Shown here: positions 48,940-62,114 of the stretch, piece by piece
Layout of the letters: each line of letters begins with the position of its first letter
How positions within the stretch are numbered: the stretch's first letter is position 1
Origin: Lama guanicoe
Lineage: Eukaryota
Reading direction: 5' to 3'
Assembly: GCA_013239625.1 (NCBI GenBank)
Contig: MU055886.1
Span: 930,001-994,000, forward strand
DNA: 64,000 nt
The notes under the pieces: model-generated
Told to the model about the DNA's origin: nothing
Seen by the model: only the letters and a program-made list of their open reading frames with translations
Database searches by the model: none
Program-made: the position numbers and the translations under genes

Positions 48940-49480
48940 TAAGAAATAGATTTTAAAAAATATGTGCTCTGGGTAGGGAAATTCGAAGTACAGGCACATA
49001 GAAAATGAAAAGTGAACTCTCTCTTCAGAGACAAGAATTGTCATTAATAATTTGTTGTGTATTCATTTCACCCTTTTCCCATTGGCTTACAGAAATACGC
49101 ATCTCTACATACTACCAACATTACTTCCTACATAAACGCTCTCCTACTAAACATCGTTCTCTATCAGAGATCTTGTCCAAGGTCATTAGTCTTTTCAAAT
49201 GATTCTCTAATATGGCTGGAACACGGTGTATTCAGTCATTCCCCTATTTGTAGACTTCTAACTTGTTTCGAGTTTTCCGTTCTTATGTTCTGCAGTAAAG
49301 GCCCTTGTACATTTATTTCTGCTTGTGGGTCTGGATATTTCTGTAGAATTGATTTCCAGAAGTGGAACTTCAAGCCATAGGCTATTTAATTTTAGTTGGA
49401 TTCACCAATTTTATCTCTGAAAAGGCCATTTCCAGTTTATACTGTCTTCACCAGTCTATGAATTCAATTCTCTTCCTAAG
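48940..49480 (-). mobile_element. Old L1 (L1ME4-type) fragment
   Basis: tattcagtcattcccctatttgtagac...tatttctgtagaattgatttccagaagtggaa...ccagtttatact..caccagtctatga. Confidence 0.65.
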
Positions 49481-50920
49481 GTAGACAGATGTTTTAAAAA
49501 TATTTATTTTTTTTTTCTGTGCTAAATTCTAAATTTGCAAGGGACTGTTTACATTGTTCTTTCAACCACTATTTACAGAGCATCTGTGGAGCCACGTTCT
49601 GTGCTAGGAATCACAGAGAGGGGGCTGTGTCAAGATGGATTGGACTTGAACTTGGCACTCAGAAGCTAGAGCGGGGGTGGGGGCCAAGTGTGCAAGTGAG
49701 TAGAACGTGGTAGCACCTCAGGGGCCCTGGGCTGAGGAACACTCACCACCAACACTGAGGGTGTGCGGGTGGAGGTGGGGGGGATGGTTAAGCACCATCC
49801 TAGCTTTTTGAAGGGAAGTGCTGGTGACAGTGTCAGATTGATCTTTGAGCTGCTGCACCACTCCTTGCACACCGTGGGGGTTCAGTACATGGGCTCCCAA
49901 TCTGAACAGAAACTGAGACTTAGGGTTTCGGGGCTCCTAGAGGGGAGCCAGTTGGAAAAGGCCACCAGTGGTGAGAAGGCCATCTCCCCCACATCTCACG
50001 GTGCCTCTGCTCTCGGGTTCCAGGCATTGATGGCGCCTTTCACACAGACGGAGTCTCTTCAGGGCACCTTTTTAGGGCCCTGAGAGGAATTGTTCTTGTG
50101 TTTGCCAGCATAAAAGCATTCATTATCCAGATGCTTCCATCCAAAAATTCTTGAGATGGTCATAGGGATGGTGTAATCTGTGATAGCTGTTGGCAGGAAA
50201 GAGCCACTTGAAGGCTATTCTGAATAGTGGTAGCTTTCAGGTTCCTAATTCTTGTGTGTAGCACCTCACACACACCTTCCCCTTACCCACTCCTCTTTCA
50301 AAAAGGCAAAAACAATTGGGTTTTTTTTTATCCTGTGGCACCAAGATGTAAAGGTAAAGTTGGAAAGACCAGTGGAGTAGGACCCGTGCAGATTTGTCAT
50401 TCTGACTTTGCCAGGTCCCTTCAATACTGGGTTTCCTGTTTGCCCCACTAAATGGGCATGCTGGCTCTGCTCACCAAGATCTGTTTACCATCGGATGGTT
50501 ATAAGAGCCAAGTAACACAAAGGACTTTGTGGACCAGAAAGTGCTAATATGGAATGAGGGAGTCTTGCTGTTGGTCTTTTTTGTCAAGTTTGGGTTGGCC
50601 CTTAGCAGGTGGTCACTTCTGGGCCAAGGAGGGATCCTCTGTAAGATCCCCAGTCTTGCAGTGGCTTTGCTGTTGTGAGGTCTCCTAAAGGTGGAATTGC
50701 AGGTCCTTCTTAGGGAGCTGATGCTTGGCTGTGTCCCTAGTTCTTCAGGTTCAAGAAAATTGACAGGTGCCCTCTGCATTGTGATAAAGAGGTTTGCTTA
50801 TAGTCCCAGCTTCTGTGTTGTTGCGCAGTCTTTGCAGAACTGTTTGAGGAGTGGGACAGACAAGCAGCCCATCCTAGGAGCACATGGTAGGCATGTGGGG
50901 AAGGGCTTGTCATAGAGGCA

Positions 50921-51456
50921 TGAATAAGTGAAGGTTCTCCAGAGAAACAGAACCAATAAGAGAGATTTATTGTAAGGAACTGGCTCTTGTGATTATGGAG
51001 ACTAGCAGGTCCCAGGATCTGCAGGGTAAGTCAGCAAACTGGAGATCAGGAAGAGCCTGTGGTTTAGTTTCAATCCAAGCTTGAAGGCCTGAGAACCAGG
51101 AGAGCTAATGAATTATTTCTAGTCCAAAAGCCACCAGGCTCAAGACCCAGGAAGAGCCAATGTTTCAGTTCAAGCCTGAAGGCAGGGGAAAAAAAATTGA
51201 TGTCCCAGTACAAATGCTGTCAGGCAGGAAGAATTCTCTCTTTATTAGGGGAGGGTCAGCTTTTATTGTTCTATTCAGGCCTTCAACTGTTGGACAAGGC
51301 CCACCACATTAGGGAGAGCAGTCTGCTTTACTCAGTCCACGGATTTAAACAGTAGTCTCATTTCAAAACACCTTCACAGAAGTACCCAGAATAATGTTTG
51401 ACCAAGTATCTGGACACCCTGTGACCCGCTCAAGTTGACACATTAAATCAATCACA
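50921..51456 (-). mobile_element. MLT2 (MLT2D-like) ERVL solo LTR, essentially full length
   Basis: tg...ggttctccagagaaacagaaccaata...gaaggcctgagaaccaggagagc...caagttgacacattaaatcaatcaca; TG...CA ends with ggca on both flanks. Confidence 0.88.
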
Positions 51457-52639
51457 GGCAGGAAAGCACAACTTTGTGCTGGAGTAGAGCTTCTCAGTAG
51501 AGGTTCTCATTGAATATTGGGGTTGAGTTTTGGAGGAGTTTGCTGGAACGTGGTTAGGGTGCGAGGTTGGGAACCCCACACACTGTAGGATGGCTGGTCC
51601 CGTGTGTGTCCCCTCTTCCTTCATGTGCTGGTGCCACAGCACTGGAAGAAGAAGTCTGTGCGAACATCCACTCTTCATAGAATCAGACTGAGGAACTCTG
51701 CAGCCAGAAAGACCTCCGAGACCATCTGCTTCACCCCCTCCCACCTCACCTGCGAGGAATCTTAGCCCCGGGGGATCAGGCAGCTGACCAGGGTCACACA
51801 GCCGGTGAGCGGAGGGCCAGGCTGGTGGTCTCAAGCCGGCAGCCTCCTCATCACTGTACAGAAGGCTGAGGTTGTCTACCAGTCCCCAGGGGGATTAATT
51901 CCTCTCTTGAAGCAGTTCCAAAGCAAGAAAGGCTGGGGTAGAGAGCTTGCCAGATCTCAGCAAGTCACTTCCGACTGGACAGCTGTGCTGGGCACAGGGC
52001 ATGATGCCAGCAACCCCCCTCAGCATGAGGCAGTGACCCAGTGACCAGCCCCAGGGCTGCCGCCACCACCAGATGGGTATGGCTGGGGTCTAACCAATTT
52101 GGCTGCAAATCTGGCACGTGGCAAGGGGTGCTATTAGGTACAAGTAGAGGGAAGGGTCATGCCTGGAAAGGGGCCCTGGCTCTGCCCTGGGAGGCTGGCA
52201 CCCTGCACCCAATGCCAGTTTATAATCACTTGCTTAGGTCCAGCTAACCTGGGACCAACAGCATATGTTGGCCACCCCTCTACAGATCTAGAATGTGCTT
52301 AAATAAGTCCTTGATGGGCAGATCTCTTCCTCTTGATGCCACCCTTTGCTTTCCTTCCAGGCTGCCTAATGATTCCTATAGGGACCTATGTGTGGTCCTA
52401 GTCAGATAAACCCCAAGATGACCCAAGTTACCCTGACAAATGAGCAAACTGATGACTAGAGGGAGGAAGTCACCTGCCTTGCATCACTCAGTACGGTGAA
52501 GCTAGGACCAGCAGCTGGAGCTAGGACTCAGCTCTTCCAGTGCTTGCTTCCCCTGCCTACCTGAACATGTTCATGTTATTTTGGACCTGGTGGAGTGGAG
52601 GGAGTACCAACTGGTGTTGGAAAAGTGGTGCAGACAGCT

Positions 52640-52830
52640 GCGTGGTTAAGAGTGTGGGCTTTGGAGCAAGGCTGCCTCCATCACTGGCTTACCGTGTGAC
52701 CATCTTTAAAGTGGTGATGCCAACAGTACCCCTTGTAGAGGTGCTGTGAGAACTGAATGAGAATATGGAGGCAAAGCACTTAGCACTGACACTGGCACAC
52801 CTCATGCACTCAGCACTCAGTAATTCTTGA
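52640..52830 (+). mobile_element. MIR SINE
   Basis: gtggttaagagtgtgggctttggagc...tcactggcttaccgtgtgacc...gtgagaactgaatgaga...aaagcacttagcac. Confidence 0.7.
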
Positions 52831-53466
52831 AGTGTGTTGAGAGTTGAATCTCCCAGACCTTGGCTGAACGAATCAGCCTGTCTGAGGTGCAGATTTCTGA
52901 CCGCTCAGGTAGAGAAGGGACTTAGGTGTGGTCATGGCTCCTCCAAGGCTCACTCTGGGAGGTTCCAAGAGAAAGGGCAGGTGGTGCTGCTCTGTGAGGG
53001 GTGTAGTTGAGTTGGTCTGGCATGAACGTCTGTTCCCTGTGGCTTTATCACATTAGAGTGTGGCCCGAGGCCTCTGGAAGCTGAGACCTGCTGTGCCCAG
53101 CAGACTGGAAGAGTACACCAGTGGGGCGACTAGCCTTCTTTATAAGTATAGTCCGTCAGTACTCGGAAGACACAAGGCTGGACTGTGTCTGGCCTCTGTA
53201 ACACAGGGGTCAGGGGACACCCGCCCCTCTGAGGGTTGACCTGAGAGTGCTAGTACCAGCCTGACCTCTGCCCCTCACCTTGGAGAAATGCTTGCTTTTC
53301 CGCTTTGGGGAGCTGTTTGCAGGAATGTGTTTTTCCTTTTGGAGCCCTGGGCATCCTCCATCCACTTCTTGAAAGGGTGGAGCCCTAATTGTTTGGGAGG
53401 CCAGACCTTCAGGTCATCAGCAACTGATTGCCACACCCTGGTGTTTCCTGCCTGCCTTCAAAAGGC

Positions 53467-53468
<2 letters not shown>

Positions 53469-53508
<40 letters not shown>
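53469..53508 (+). repeat. (TG)20 microsatellite
   Basis: Read directly: 40 nt of uninterrupted TG. Confidence 0.97.
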
Positions 53509-53512
<4 letters not shown>

Positions 53513-55829
53513 CGCAAACCTGATTAAGACTCCTGGTCTACATTTTGCAGTTTCCTGCTCCCTCTCCTGGCACTCAGGGCCCTCCATAGCCCAGCCCATT
53601 TCCTTTTCTAGCCACTCCCATCTCCTTTCCTCAGTAACACTGGGCTCAGGACAACTCACAGGCTTTGATTTTTACCTCACAATCTCTCCAGCTTTCCCCT
53701 GTCTACAACTTGGCTTGTGCTTGCCCTGCCTCCATTGCGCTTTCTCCTGGGGCCGTCGTCTTCACCTGTCTGCATCTTCCTTCTTTTCTTGAGTGTAGTC
53801 TACCCTGCCCCCCGCCCCATTCACTGTCTGTCTCACTAGGCAGGCCCCCTGGCTTCCCTGGCCCTTAAGGGGCCTCCTTTCACTAGGACTTGAGAGCCTG
53901 TGAAATGCCACCTCCTTCTTAAGGTTTTTCAAAATCCCTGGGACCACCTTTGCTTTCTGCCCTTACCAAGCTGCCACTGTCTGTACCACTTTAGAATAGG
54001 TTGGTCCCAGTGGGGACTCTGAGCTGCCTGAGCCTCAATGTCTGTCCTGTAGAATACGGTCACCTTGTCTGTGTCATGGGGATGAGGAAGGACATGCAGC
54101 CAATGCTCAGGACAGTGCCTGGCACAGCCAGGTGTTCAGCGGCTCGTAACTTATTAATTGAGTCCTCATGAACGTTGGCACCCTGATTCTCTTGCTGAAC
54201 TACAAGTCCTCTGGGGATGGGGGGAGCCTGGGGTCCACTCTAGCACCCAGTCAGGGTCCAGTGGATGTTTGAGAAAGAAAGGCAGGCAGTCTCTCCGCTT
54301 GCCTGTGAATGTGGGTCTTGCCGTCGACAGGAAGTCAGAAAGCTGTCTCCTGAGAAAGTTGCTGCTCTAAATGGATGCTCATTGACGTGCTGCCTGGAGC
54401 CTGGGAGCAGCCAGGATCCTGGAGCAGCGAGTTCGCCTCAGTGAGTCTCCACGGGGGATGGCGACACAACTCAGGCCTGCAGCCGCTCAGAGGCCTCTGC
54501 ACGCAAAGGCTGTCACTGGAGGAGAGCAGAGTGATGGGCAGGGTGGAGGGCCCGGCCGTAATTGCAGACAGCTCCCAAGAGCTCTGCGAAGAGGCCCGCA
54601 TGGCCTTTTAAATCGTGAGGGAAGCACATTTGGTGTCATCAGAACCCCGAACCCCCACCGGCCCCCTTTGGTGTTGCAGAACCGGGTCCTCGGGGGAGAC
54701 CCTGTCCCTGTGCAGGTGACCAAGGGAAGGGAGCAGACTGGGCGCCCTGACTCAGACTTGGGCCTTCCCCTCGCTCTTGGGCTGATCATGAAAGAGCAAG
54801 TGGTGCAGGTTCCGCCGGGCAGTGACAGGCCTGCGCTGCTTCCACCGACGTGACCATTGTTCTTGCTCCACACCCCTGATCTGCAGAGCTCATCCTCTTT
54901 TTTTCTGGGGTGTTTCTGTGCATGCCCGGAAAAGAGATGGTAAGAGAACTCCAATTAGTCAGTCTCCTGGCTTCTAGACAGCTCCGGAAACCAGACTAGT
55001 TGGAGGAGGAGGAGGTGGGACCTCTGCTTGTGTTGTGTTGGGTTGGTGTCCAGGCTCCATCTCCAAGCCGTTCTGCCCTGCCCTTGCTGGCCTGCAGTGT
55101 CCACCCAGGACCCCTGCTGCTCCATGCACCACCTCAGCCTCCAGGGGACCCCTGAATTCAGGCATTCGTTGAAGACTCCCGGTTAGGAGGAGGGTCTTTC
55201 TCCAGCAGATGTTTTAACAGTTCAGTTGTGGGGAACATCCGTTGTCTTCCCTTTGATGTGGCGCCTCAGAACCGGGCTGGGTTTCAGATGCGTGTCTAAT
55301 TGGGAGCAGCCGCCCACTGCTCCCATGGAGCTCCTCACTTGAGCTGTGGGGCTAGGTGTGCTTTTTAACACCTCAGACCTGACTGAAATAGATGCCTCTG
55401 CCTCCAGAAGGTTACAAACAAGACAGTCTGATAAAGAGAAGTCAGGAGCGTCTGGACAGGCAGGAAGAAGAGCCCTTCTCTAGGAGTTAGAGGACCTGGG
55501 GCCTTCTTCTCTTCCCCAGGCCTCAGTTTCCCCATCTGTAAAATGTGGTCATTAGAGCCCTGGGCACTGAGCCCTCCCCTGTGTGTTTCGTGTTATGCAC
55601 AAGAGTTGTGCAAAGCTCCCAGGTGGAGACGTGCAGTTGAAATCCGAAATTGTGGATCCAGAAATGGAAGTAGGTTCAGAGATAGGTGGTGAAGCCCTTC
55701 CATTTTCAACATAGGGTTGTCCTGTTAGAGTTTGTAAGCGGGCTTTCTGTGCTGTGGGGGGCGAAGGGTGATCTCAGAGGAGGAGGGCTCCTGGAGTGGT
55801 GTTCCATGGAAGCCCCAGGAAATGATACC

Positions 55830-56030
55830 AACATTCCTGGAGTGCTCTCTGTGCACCAGGTGCTGTTCTAAACACTGAACATAGATGAATTCATTTGATC
55901 CTCATAACATCCGTCCACATTGGATACTGTTGTTCCCCCTCCAGGAATGAGGCAACTGTAGCTTACCCTGAGTCCCCTGCTGGAGCCAGGATTCAGGCTC
56001 CAGCAGTCTGTGCTGTGCTGTTGAACCTGT
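55830..56030 (-). mobile_element. MIR fragment
   Basis: tgtgcaccaggtgctgttctaaacact...tcatttgatcctcataaca...ggagccaggattcaggctccagcagtctg. Confidence 0.6.
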
Positions 56031-57199
56031 CGCTTACCTGGACCCCAGGATTTGCCTCCCCACAGGTGGCTGGTGCCATGGCAGCCCCATTATTGTTCTA
56101 GTAGTGCAGCCCTTGACCGTAGAGTTCTGATGGCACAGCCAGGCATGCCCATCACAGGCTGAGTAGAGGTTTTTTAGGCTGAGCAGTGATGGCAAGACCC
56201 GGGAATGGAGGCCTCTTTTGGCTGCACCTCTCTAGTGAGCTCTGCCACTCTGTGATTTAGCATCTAATCTGGACTCCCAGGCAAGCCAGCTGGGAAAATT
56301 AGTGAGGGGCCTGCCGGCCAGCATCTATCATTTCCAGCTAGGCACCTGCACACCTGTGCCAGCCTCTCCCCACCCAGTTCTACCCTACACGGAGGTTATA
56401 GGGCACCTCTCCTTAGACACTCTTGGGGGTGCTGTCCTGCAGCATTCAGGGCTGTCTAGAATCACTTCCACTGCCTCGGCTTCCTCGCCTGCTGGACCCC
56501 TGGACAGCCCACCTCCCCCATGTATACCTTGTGCTTCCAGCCTCTGTGCCTCTTCCTTGGCTCTGCATTCATCAAATGCCCATTTTCCCTGCCACACCAT
56601 GAGGCCACAACTTCGTGTCTAAATACTTTAAGGCCCTCCCAGGTTTCCTCCAACTGAGTTGTAGTGTCACGTCTGCTCGCTGTTGAGGACCCTAAGCCGC
56701 CTCTGTTGTGTTGGGGGCTCTGGCCTTCTATCGCCAAGAGCTCCCTGAAGACCAGGACCGTGTCTGGTTCATCTCCATCGAGCTCTTGTTCTGGGCATTC
56801 GGTAGATGTCTGGCTGGGTGTGAGGACAGGTGGGTGCCATGCTGCTGGGGAAGGCTGGGTGCACCAGGGCTGCACTGCGCTGCTGTCCTCAGCCTCAGTT
56901 CCCCAGAGGCTAAAGCCGAGCCCTGCCCTCCTCTTTCTGTTCCTGAAAGGAAGGTTAAAGGGATAAAGAAAAGATTTCTTTTTTTCTCATCTTTTTCGTT
57001 TAGATGTGTGTCTGCCTGCTTTCAAATATATAGATTTGAGGCTATTCATAATAAAAAGTAATGTATATAATGAAGCTGTTAGGATAGATGTCAAGACCCA
57101 TGTAGAAGGAAGGGCGAGTGAAAGTCGATTGACCCAGTACCAAAGCTAACATGGCTACTGGGTTAAGCATCAGAATTAACTCTGAGCTTCCTGGCAGCC

Positions 57200-57231
57200 A
57201 AAAGAAAAAACAAAACAAAACAAAAACAAAC
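57200..57231 (+). repeat. A-rich (CAAAA)n simple repeat
   Basis: aaaagaaaaaacaaaacaaaacaaaaacaaac. Confidence 0.8.
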
Positions 57232-58309
57232 AGAACTGTGAGGGGGAGGCACAGAGTTGGGGAATACCAGAGCAAAATGGAGCTCTACGTCCTGTGGACG
57301 TAGAGATCTCTGAACACTTGTCAGAGCCGTTCAGGAGGCTCCTGGTTTGCACCTAGATCTGTCCTGGGCCCCTCTCTCAGAAGATCACCTGCTGAGATGA
57401 TCACTCTGGCCTTTGCTTCTCCTGGTCACAGTCCTTGGTCGGCACACAAGCCTCACCCTCCTGGCTCTATGCCCTTGGTGAGTGTGCCCAGGGCCCCTTC
57501 CAGTTCTGACATTCTCTGATTATAAAAGAAAGTACTCTATTTTTTTTTCTTGCTCCGTATATAGTTCCACTTTAAAACCTTTCTACTCTAGAGGTCAACA
57601 GAAATCCCTACCTACCCTGTCAATTTACTGATTCTGCTCCCTGCCTAAGAGGCATAAAATCACAGGCTGCCACCCAAGATTAAAGGTCATTTTCCATGAA
57701 TTTATAGATGGTGATGTCCAGATAACTTGTGACTTAACCTCCTATTAGATCAGTCTCTGGACGGTCACAGATCGGTCTGGGTAATAAGGAGGATGGACCT
57801 GGTCATTAGGCAGGAGACAGTGATGTCTGGCAAGCTGGCCTGGCACAATGGCCCTTAACTTCCTGGGGCTCTTGGCAAATGTCTCCAGGGAGAGGAGATG
57901 CTCCCTAAATGGGTGTTTTCTCAGGCAAAGGCAGCTGCTTCCGGAACACACCGTTCCTATAAGCCCAACCTGCTTAAAATCGTATTTACTTTCATGTGAT
58001 CCCTTCTTAATTACATTTTTCTTTACTAGCATCCTTATTCATTATTTAAAACAACTTTTAAAAATAATTATGCAACAATTCCTTCCTCTGTACACAGTAA
58101 CTATTTACCTTTCTGTATCAGGTTTTCCGCCCTTTATTCATGTGTAGCTGTACTTACAACATTGCTGTCATGAGAGTTTAGATACTATGAGCAAAGTGTG
58201 CAATAACAGTATTCAGCAAGTCCTAAGCAAGGAGTAGAATTCCTTTGGGGCATTGTTCACATTGCCCGGGACTAGTTTAGAAAGCCCTCATTTTACAGTT
58301 TGCTCAACA

Positions 58310-58470
58310 CATAAACAGTCTTGTATTTCACTTTTTAACTTAGTATAATTTCATGCACGCTTTTTCATGTAGCTACATAATCTTCAGATTTATCATTTTA
58401 ATGGCTGTTTAATATTCCATCCAGTTTGCATACCATAATTTACTTAACTGCTCCCTATTGTTGGGACCTT
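58310..58470 (-). mobile_element. Old L1 (L1ME-type) fragment
   Basis: tcattttaatggctgtttaatattccat...taccataatttacttaactgctccctattgttgg. Confidence 0.65.
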
Positions 58471-59392
58471 AATGAAAATTTGAATTCACTATGTAATACA
58501 GGGGGAAGCTCGTTTTAATGATTACCATCATAACATCCCCTGCCCTAACTGCATGCCATTACTAACTCAGCTTTGGTAAGGCGCAGATGCTTTCAGAACA
58601 ATAAATCCTGTATGAGAGGTGGATGCACAAGTCCTTCTGATTTAATAGCTAATCTGTTCACTGCACATGTTTTCCTTTTAGGCTGGTGTTTATGTGGAAT
58701 ATCCATCTCTCCTGACTATTGTGCAGTACTAAACTGTATGCATTTGTCATATTGTTGCAGGTACCTTATCACTGTGGTCAGGGACTTTAATGAGTTAACT
58801 GAATTTGGGGGTAAAGAGTGGTTTCTGGCTGTGAGTTGTCATCCTTGTATCCCACTCACATTCATTGAACATCTGTTTGCAGCTGGGCTCCTTGAGAGAG
58901 CAAGTGAAGATGCTCCTGATTGCTGGGGGCCCATAGAAGTGCATCCTTGAGTTGCTTTGTGGCCCAAGATTAAATGGTGATTTGCATGCAAAGTGCTTTG
59001 TAAACTGTAGAGTACATGTTAGCGGTTGCTGTTCCTGCTTGTGAAAGAGGATGAAGTGGAAGGTGGCGTTCGTGGGTCCGTGCCTATCAGCTGCATTCCC
59101 AGTGTCCCTAGCCCTCAGAATTCTCCAAAGACAAGAGGCTAGACTGTACTCCTTAGAACCAGGCGAGGAGTGATAAGGATGATGAAGACCCCACAAAGCA
59201 CCGATCAGATAGTTTGGTAGATTTTGTGATTTACAGAGTTGTCTCCAGTACTTTACATTGGTCTTCGACTTAAAGTGACCAAGTCCTGTCTTTTATAGCT
59301 CTTCCCTACTCCTCTTCCTCCCCCATAAAAAGGAAAGCATCATCCCCAAAACTAATAAATCACCCCAGTTTACTCATGGGACCTGACAAAGC

Positions 59393-59862
59393 CATGTTTT
59401 GCCAAAGTGTGGGACATCTCAAAGGAGACACGATTTTAGGTGGCCTGAGAACCACATAGTGAAGTTTTCCCCTTTTTATTCTTTTTCTTTCTAAAAGGAG
59501 AAGGTTATTCTTATTTGCCAAAGAAAGTGTCTCGGTTTGCTGCTAGTTCCCCCACCGGCTCTCCAGTACTTGCGGGGCTCCCTTCAGCAGAGAGAGCAAG
59601 CCTTGGACTTACTTCCTGGCGACAGTACCTACCTAACTGGCTTTGTTCTCGTTTATTCTGTTTATGTTTATCATCTGTTTTTGGTAGAGGATAATAGCTT
59701 ATAGGGTGGTGATTAATAGTCTCCTTTTTAAGTGAATTTTATTTCCTCTAAAAAGTGAGACAGTGTCAGTTTTTAAAAATGGCATATAATAACCCAGGTG
59801 TTACTCAAAAACGGCAAAATCGCGCAGTCAGTATGTTACTAAATGAAGTTTAGGGGATGCTA
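59393..59862 (+). mobile_element. Ancient hAT-Charlie element (Charlie15-like), degenerate
   Basis: catgttttgccaaagtgtggg...gattttaggtgg at the left end and tgaagtttaggggatgcta at the right end resemble Charlie TIRs. Confidence 0.4.
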
Positions 59863-60221
59863 CCATAGCGCTGTTTAATGTCAACACTAAAGGTCAGTGC
59901 ATAGCATCAGTTGGTTTCTGTTGAGTCAGGGCCTGTGCGTGGCGTGGGGTTTTGCCATTCCTGTGAATGGCCTTGAATCATGAAGCCCAAGCTACAAGAA
60001 TGCTCTTGCTCAGAGGGGCTGACGTCGTCGGTGTATTTTGTCAGCTGCTATTCAGGGCACATGACTCCTGTGGGCTTCTACTGTAGCTTTATGCCATCAG
60101 AACTCTGATTTGCAGAGTGCCTCAAGAGTCCATTAGAACAGCACACTCTCACTACCCTCACCGCTTCACATCAAGCCTCACCTCCCCTCTCTCACCTCCT
60201 TGGACCTGGTACTCCAGCAAA

Positions 60222-60377
60222 NNNNNNNNNNNNNNNNNNNNNNNNNNNNNNNNNNNNNNNNNNNNNNNNNNNNNNNNNNNNNNNNNNNNNNNNNNNNNNN
60301 NNNNNNNNNNNNNNNNNNNNNNNNNNNNNNNNNNNNNNNNNNNNNNNNNNNNNNNNNNNNNNNNNNNNNNNNNNNNN
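60222..60377. other. Assembly gap (156 N)
   Basis: Run of n. Confidence 0.99.
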
Positions 60378-60750
60378 TTATTAGAGACAGAAAGTAGAAG
60401 AGGGGGAGGGTGTAGCTCAGTGATAGAGCACATGCTTAGCATGCACAAGGTCCTGGGTTCAATCCCCAGTACCTCCATTAAAAAAATAAGTAAACCGAAT
60501 TCCCCCACCCCACTCCCCCAAAAAAAACAGAAAAGAAAAAGAAAGTAGAAAGGTGGTTGCCAGAGGCTGAGGGAAGGAAACGGGACAGTTAGTGGGGGAT
60601 AGTTTCAGTTTAGAGTGATGAAAAAGTTCTGGAGAGGGAAGGTGGTGGTAGCTGTACAACAACATGAATGTACTTAATGCCACTGACTTGTACACTTAAA
60701 AATGGTTAAAATGGCGAAAGTTAAATGTTATATATATTTTATCGAATAAA
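60378..60750 (+). mobile_element. L1MB-type LINE 3' UTR, interrupted by a SINE
   Basis: tagagacagaaagtagaa..ggtggttgccagagg...gtttcagttt..gatgaaaaagttctggag...aatgtacttaatgccactga..tgtacacttaaaaatggttaaaatgg; AATAAA at 60745-60750. Confidence 0.85.
60401..60539 (+). mobile_element. tRNA-Ala-derived camelid-type SINE (Vic-1-like) with target-site duplication
   Basis: ggggagggtgtagctcagtgatagagcacatgcttagcatgcacaaggtcctgggttcaatccccagtacctcca, an A-rich tail, and TSD agaaagtagaa at 60389-60399 and 60540-60550. Confidence 0.9.
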
Positions 60751-61898
60751 CGAGAAAGTAGGCAGTGAGCTCATTCTCTCCAGCTGCACTGTCCTGGTCC
60801 AACCACAGGGAATCTTGTCCCTCTCCTGTTTCTGCTTCTGCCACTTCAAATGCCACCTCTCTCTCTTCCTGCCTCGTCCCTCGCAGGCCCTGCAGGAGCC
60901 CCTTTGCCGCAGAGCATCATGGTGATTTAGGTACCTGTTGTCTCTCTTCTGGAAACAGTGGGCTTGCTGAGAGCAGCCTCGACAGTGAACTCTTTCCTCT
61001 CCTCCGTCCTTTGTGGGCCCTGCACAAAGTGGGTGTTCATGATCAAAGCAAATAAGCCATCCCTGTTTGGCAAAGAAGCACCTGACTGTGGCATCCGGGC
61101 ATCCGTCTTTCGGCCACTGCTGGCCTCTTAGGAGTGAGCAGCAGCTGAAAGGAACATGCCCTGTCTGGGTCCTCAGACTGGCTGCCACTCCTCAGCCCCA
61201 ACTCAAGCCAGGACCTGGTATCCTCTGCAGAAGATTGAGAGCTTTCCTTCCTTATTCAGAAGTGAAATTGGACATCTGCTCTCTCAAGTTTCTTGGCTGT
61301 ATTCAGTGTGTTAGAAGACAGACAGGCCCTGGGGGAGGTAGAAGGGCAGGAAAACAGTCACTCCTGGGGCTTTAGGGGAGAAAACAGTCCCCTGGGGATG
61401 GCTCTTGGCTTCTTAGGTCTTCAAAATGAACACGTGAGCTTGGTGGACACTTGAGGGTCATTTAGCCCAATCTCCTCATTTGACAGATAGGAAGTGACAA
61501 GTCCAGAGGATGGGCAATTTCGCTAGAGGAAGGACCCTGTCCCCACCACTCATCTGTAAATGAGGGGGAAAGAACTCTGTGTTCTGGGCTGGTGTCAGAA
61601 CATACCCAGAACATCATGCTCACGTCTGGGCCCTACCCTTGGACAGTGGTCATGAGGTTTCTGATTCTGTCCTTTGGTTCAAAGCCTGAGATCTTTGTGA
61701 GGAAGACTTGACCAGTGAGAGCAGGGGCACTGCCCTGGGGAGGGGCGGAGAGGAACAGTTAAATGCAGCAAAGAGGCCTGTCCTGTGCAGTCCCCACCTC
61801 TCTGGGTGGTGGCTGGTGGGTGTCACCTACCAGGTCCCAGGTGATGAAGCTTGTACTATGCATCCTTTATATCTCTGCTTCCCTCCTTTTGACTGCAG

Positions 61899-62114
61899 AA
61901 TTTCAGAGGCAGGAAAGTGTCCGGTCGCAGCACAAAGGCATTCAATTATACGACACCCCTTATGAACCCGAGGGCCAAAGCGTCGACTCAGACTCAGAGA
62001 GCACGGTCAGCCCCCGACTTCGGGAGAGCAAGCTGCCCCAGGATGACGACAGGCCCGCCGACGAGTACGACCAGCCGTGGGAGTGGAACCGGGTCACTAT
62101 CCCAGCTCTGGCAG
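61899..62114 (+). CDS. SHB: SHB coding exon (216 nt, phase 1 to phase 1): EFQRQESVRSQHKGIQLYDTPYEPEGQSVDSDSESTVSPRLRESKLPQDDDRPADEYDQPWEWNRVTIPALA
   Basis: Acceptor ctctgcttccctccttttgactgcag|AA; donor CAG|gtaagg; CpG-rich coding composition; SHB-family motifs LYDTPYE and DDRPADEYDQPWEW. Confidence 0.96.

Noticed and set aside
58495-58835. Possible Tigger-like element with degenerate TIRs
   Set aside because: The ends match at only about half of positions; it cannot be supported without a Dfam search.
60405-60478. tRNA-Ala(AGC)-like sequence (also at 41073-41146 on the minus strand)
   Set aside because: The acceptor stem is mismatched, and the A-rich tail and target-site duplication show it is a SINE head, not a tRNA gene.
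41008-60539. Inverted SINE pair as a dsRNA or circRNA driver
   Set aside because: The shared homology is short (~75-130 nt), the copies are 19 kb apart, and both lie in the same intron, so no exon is bracketed.
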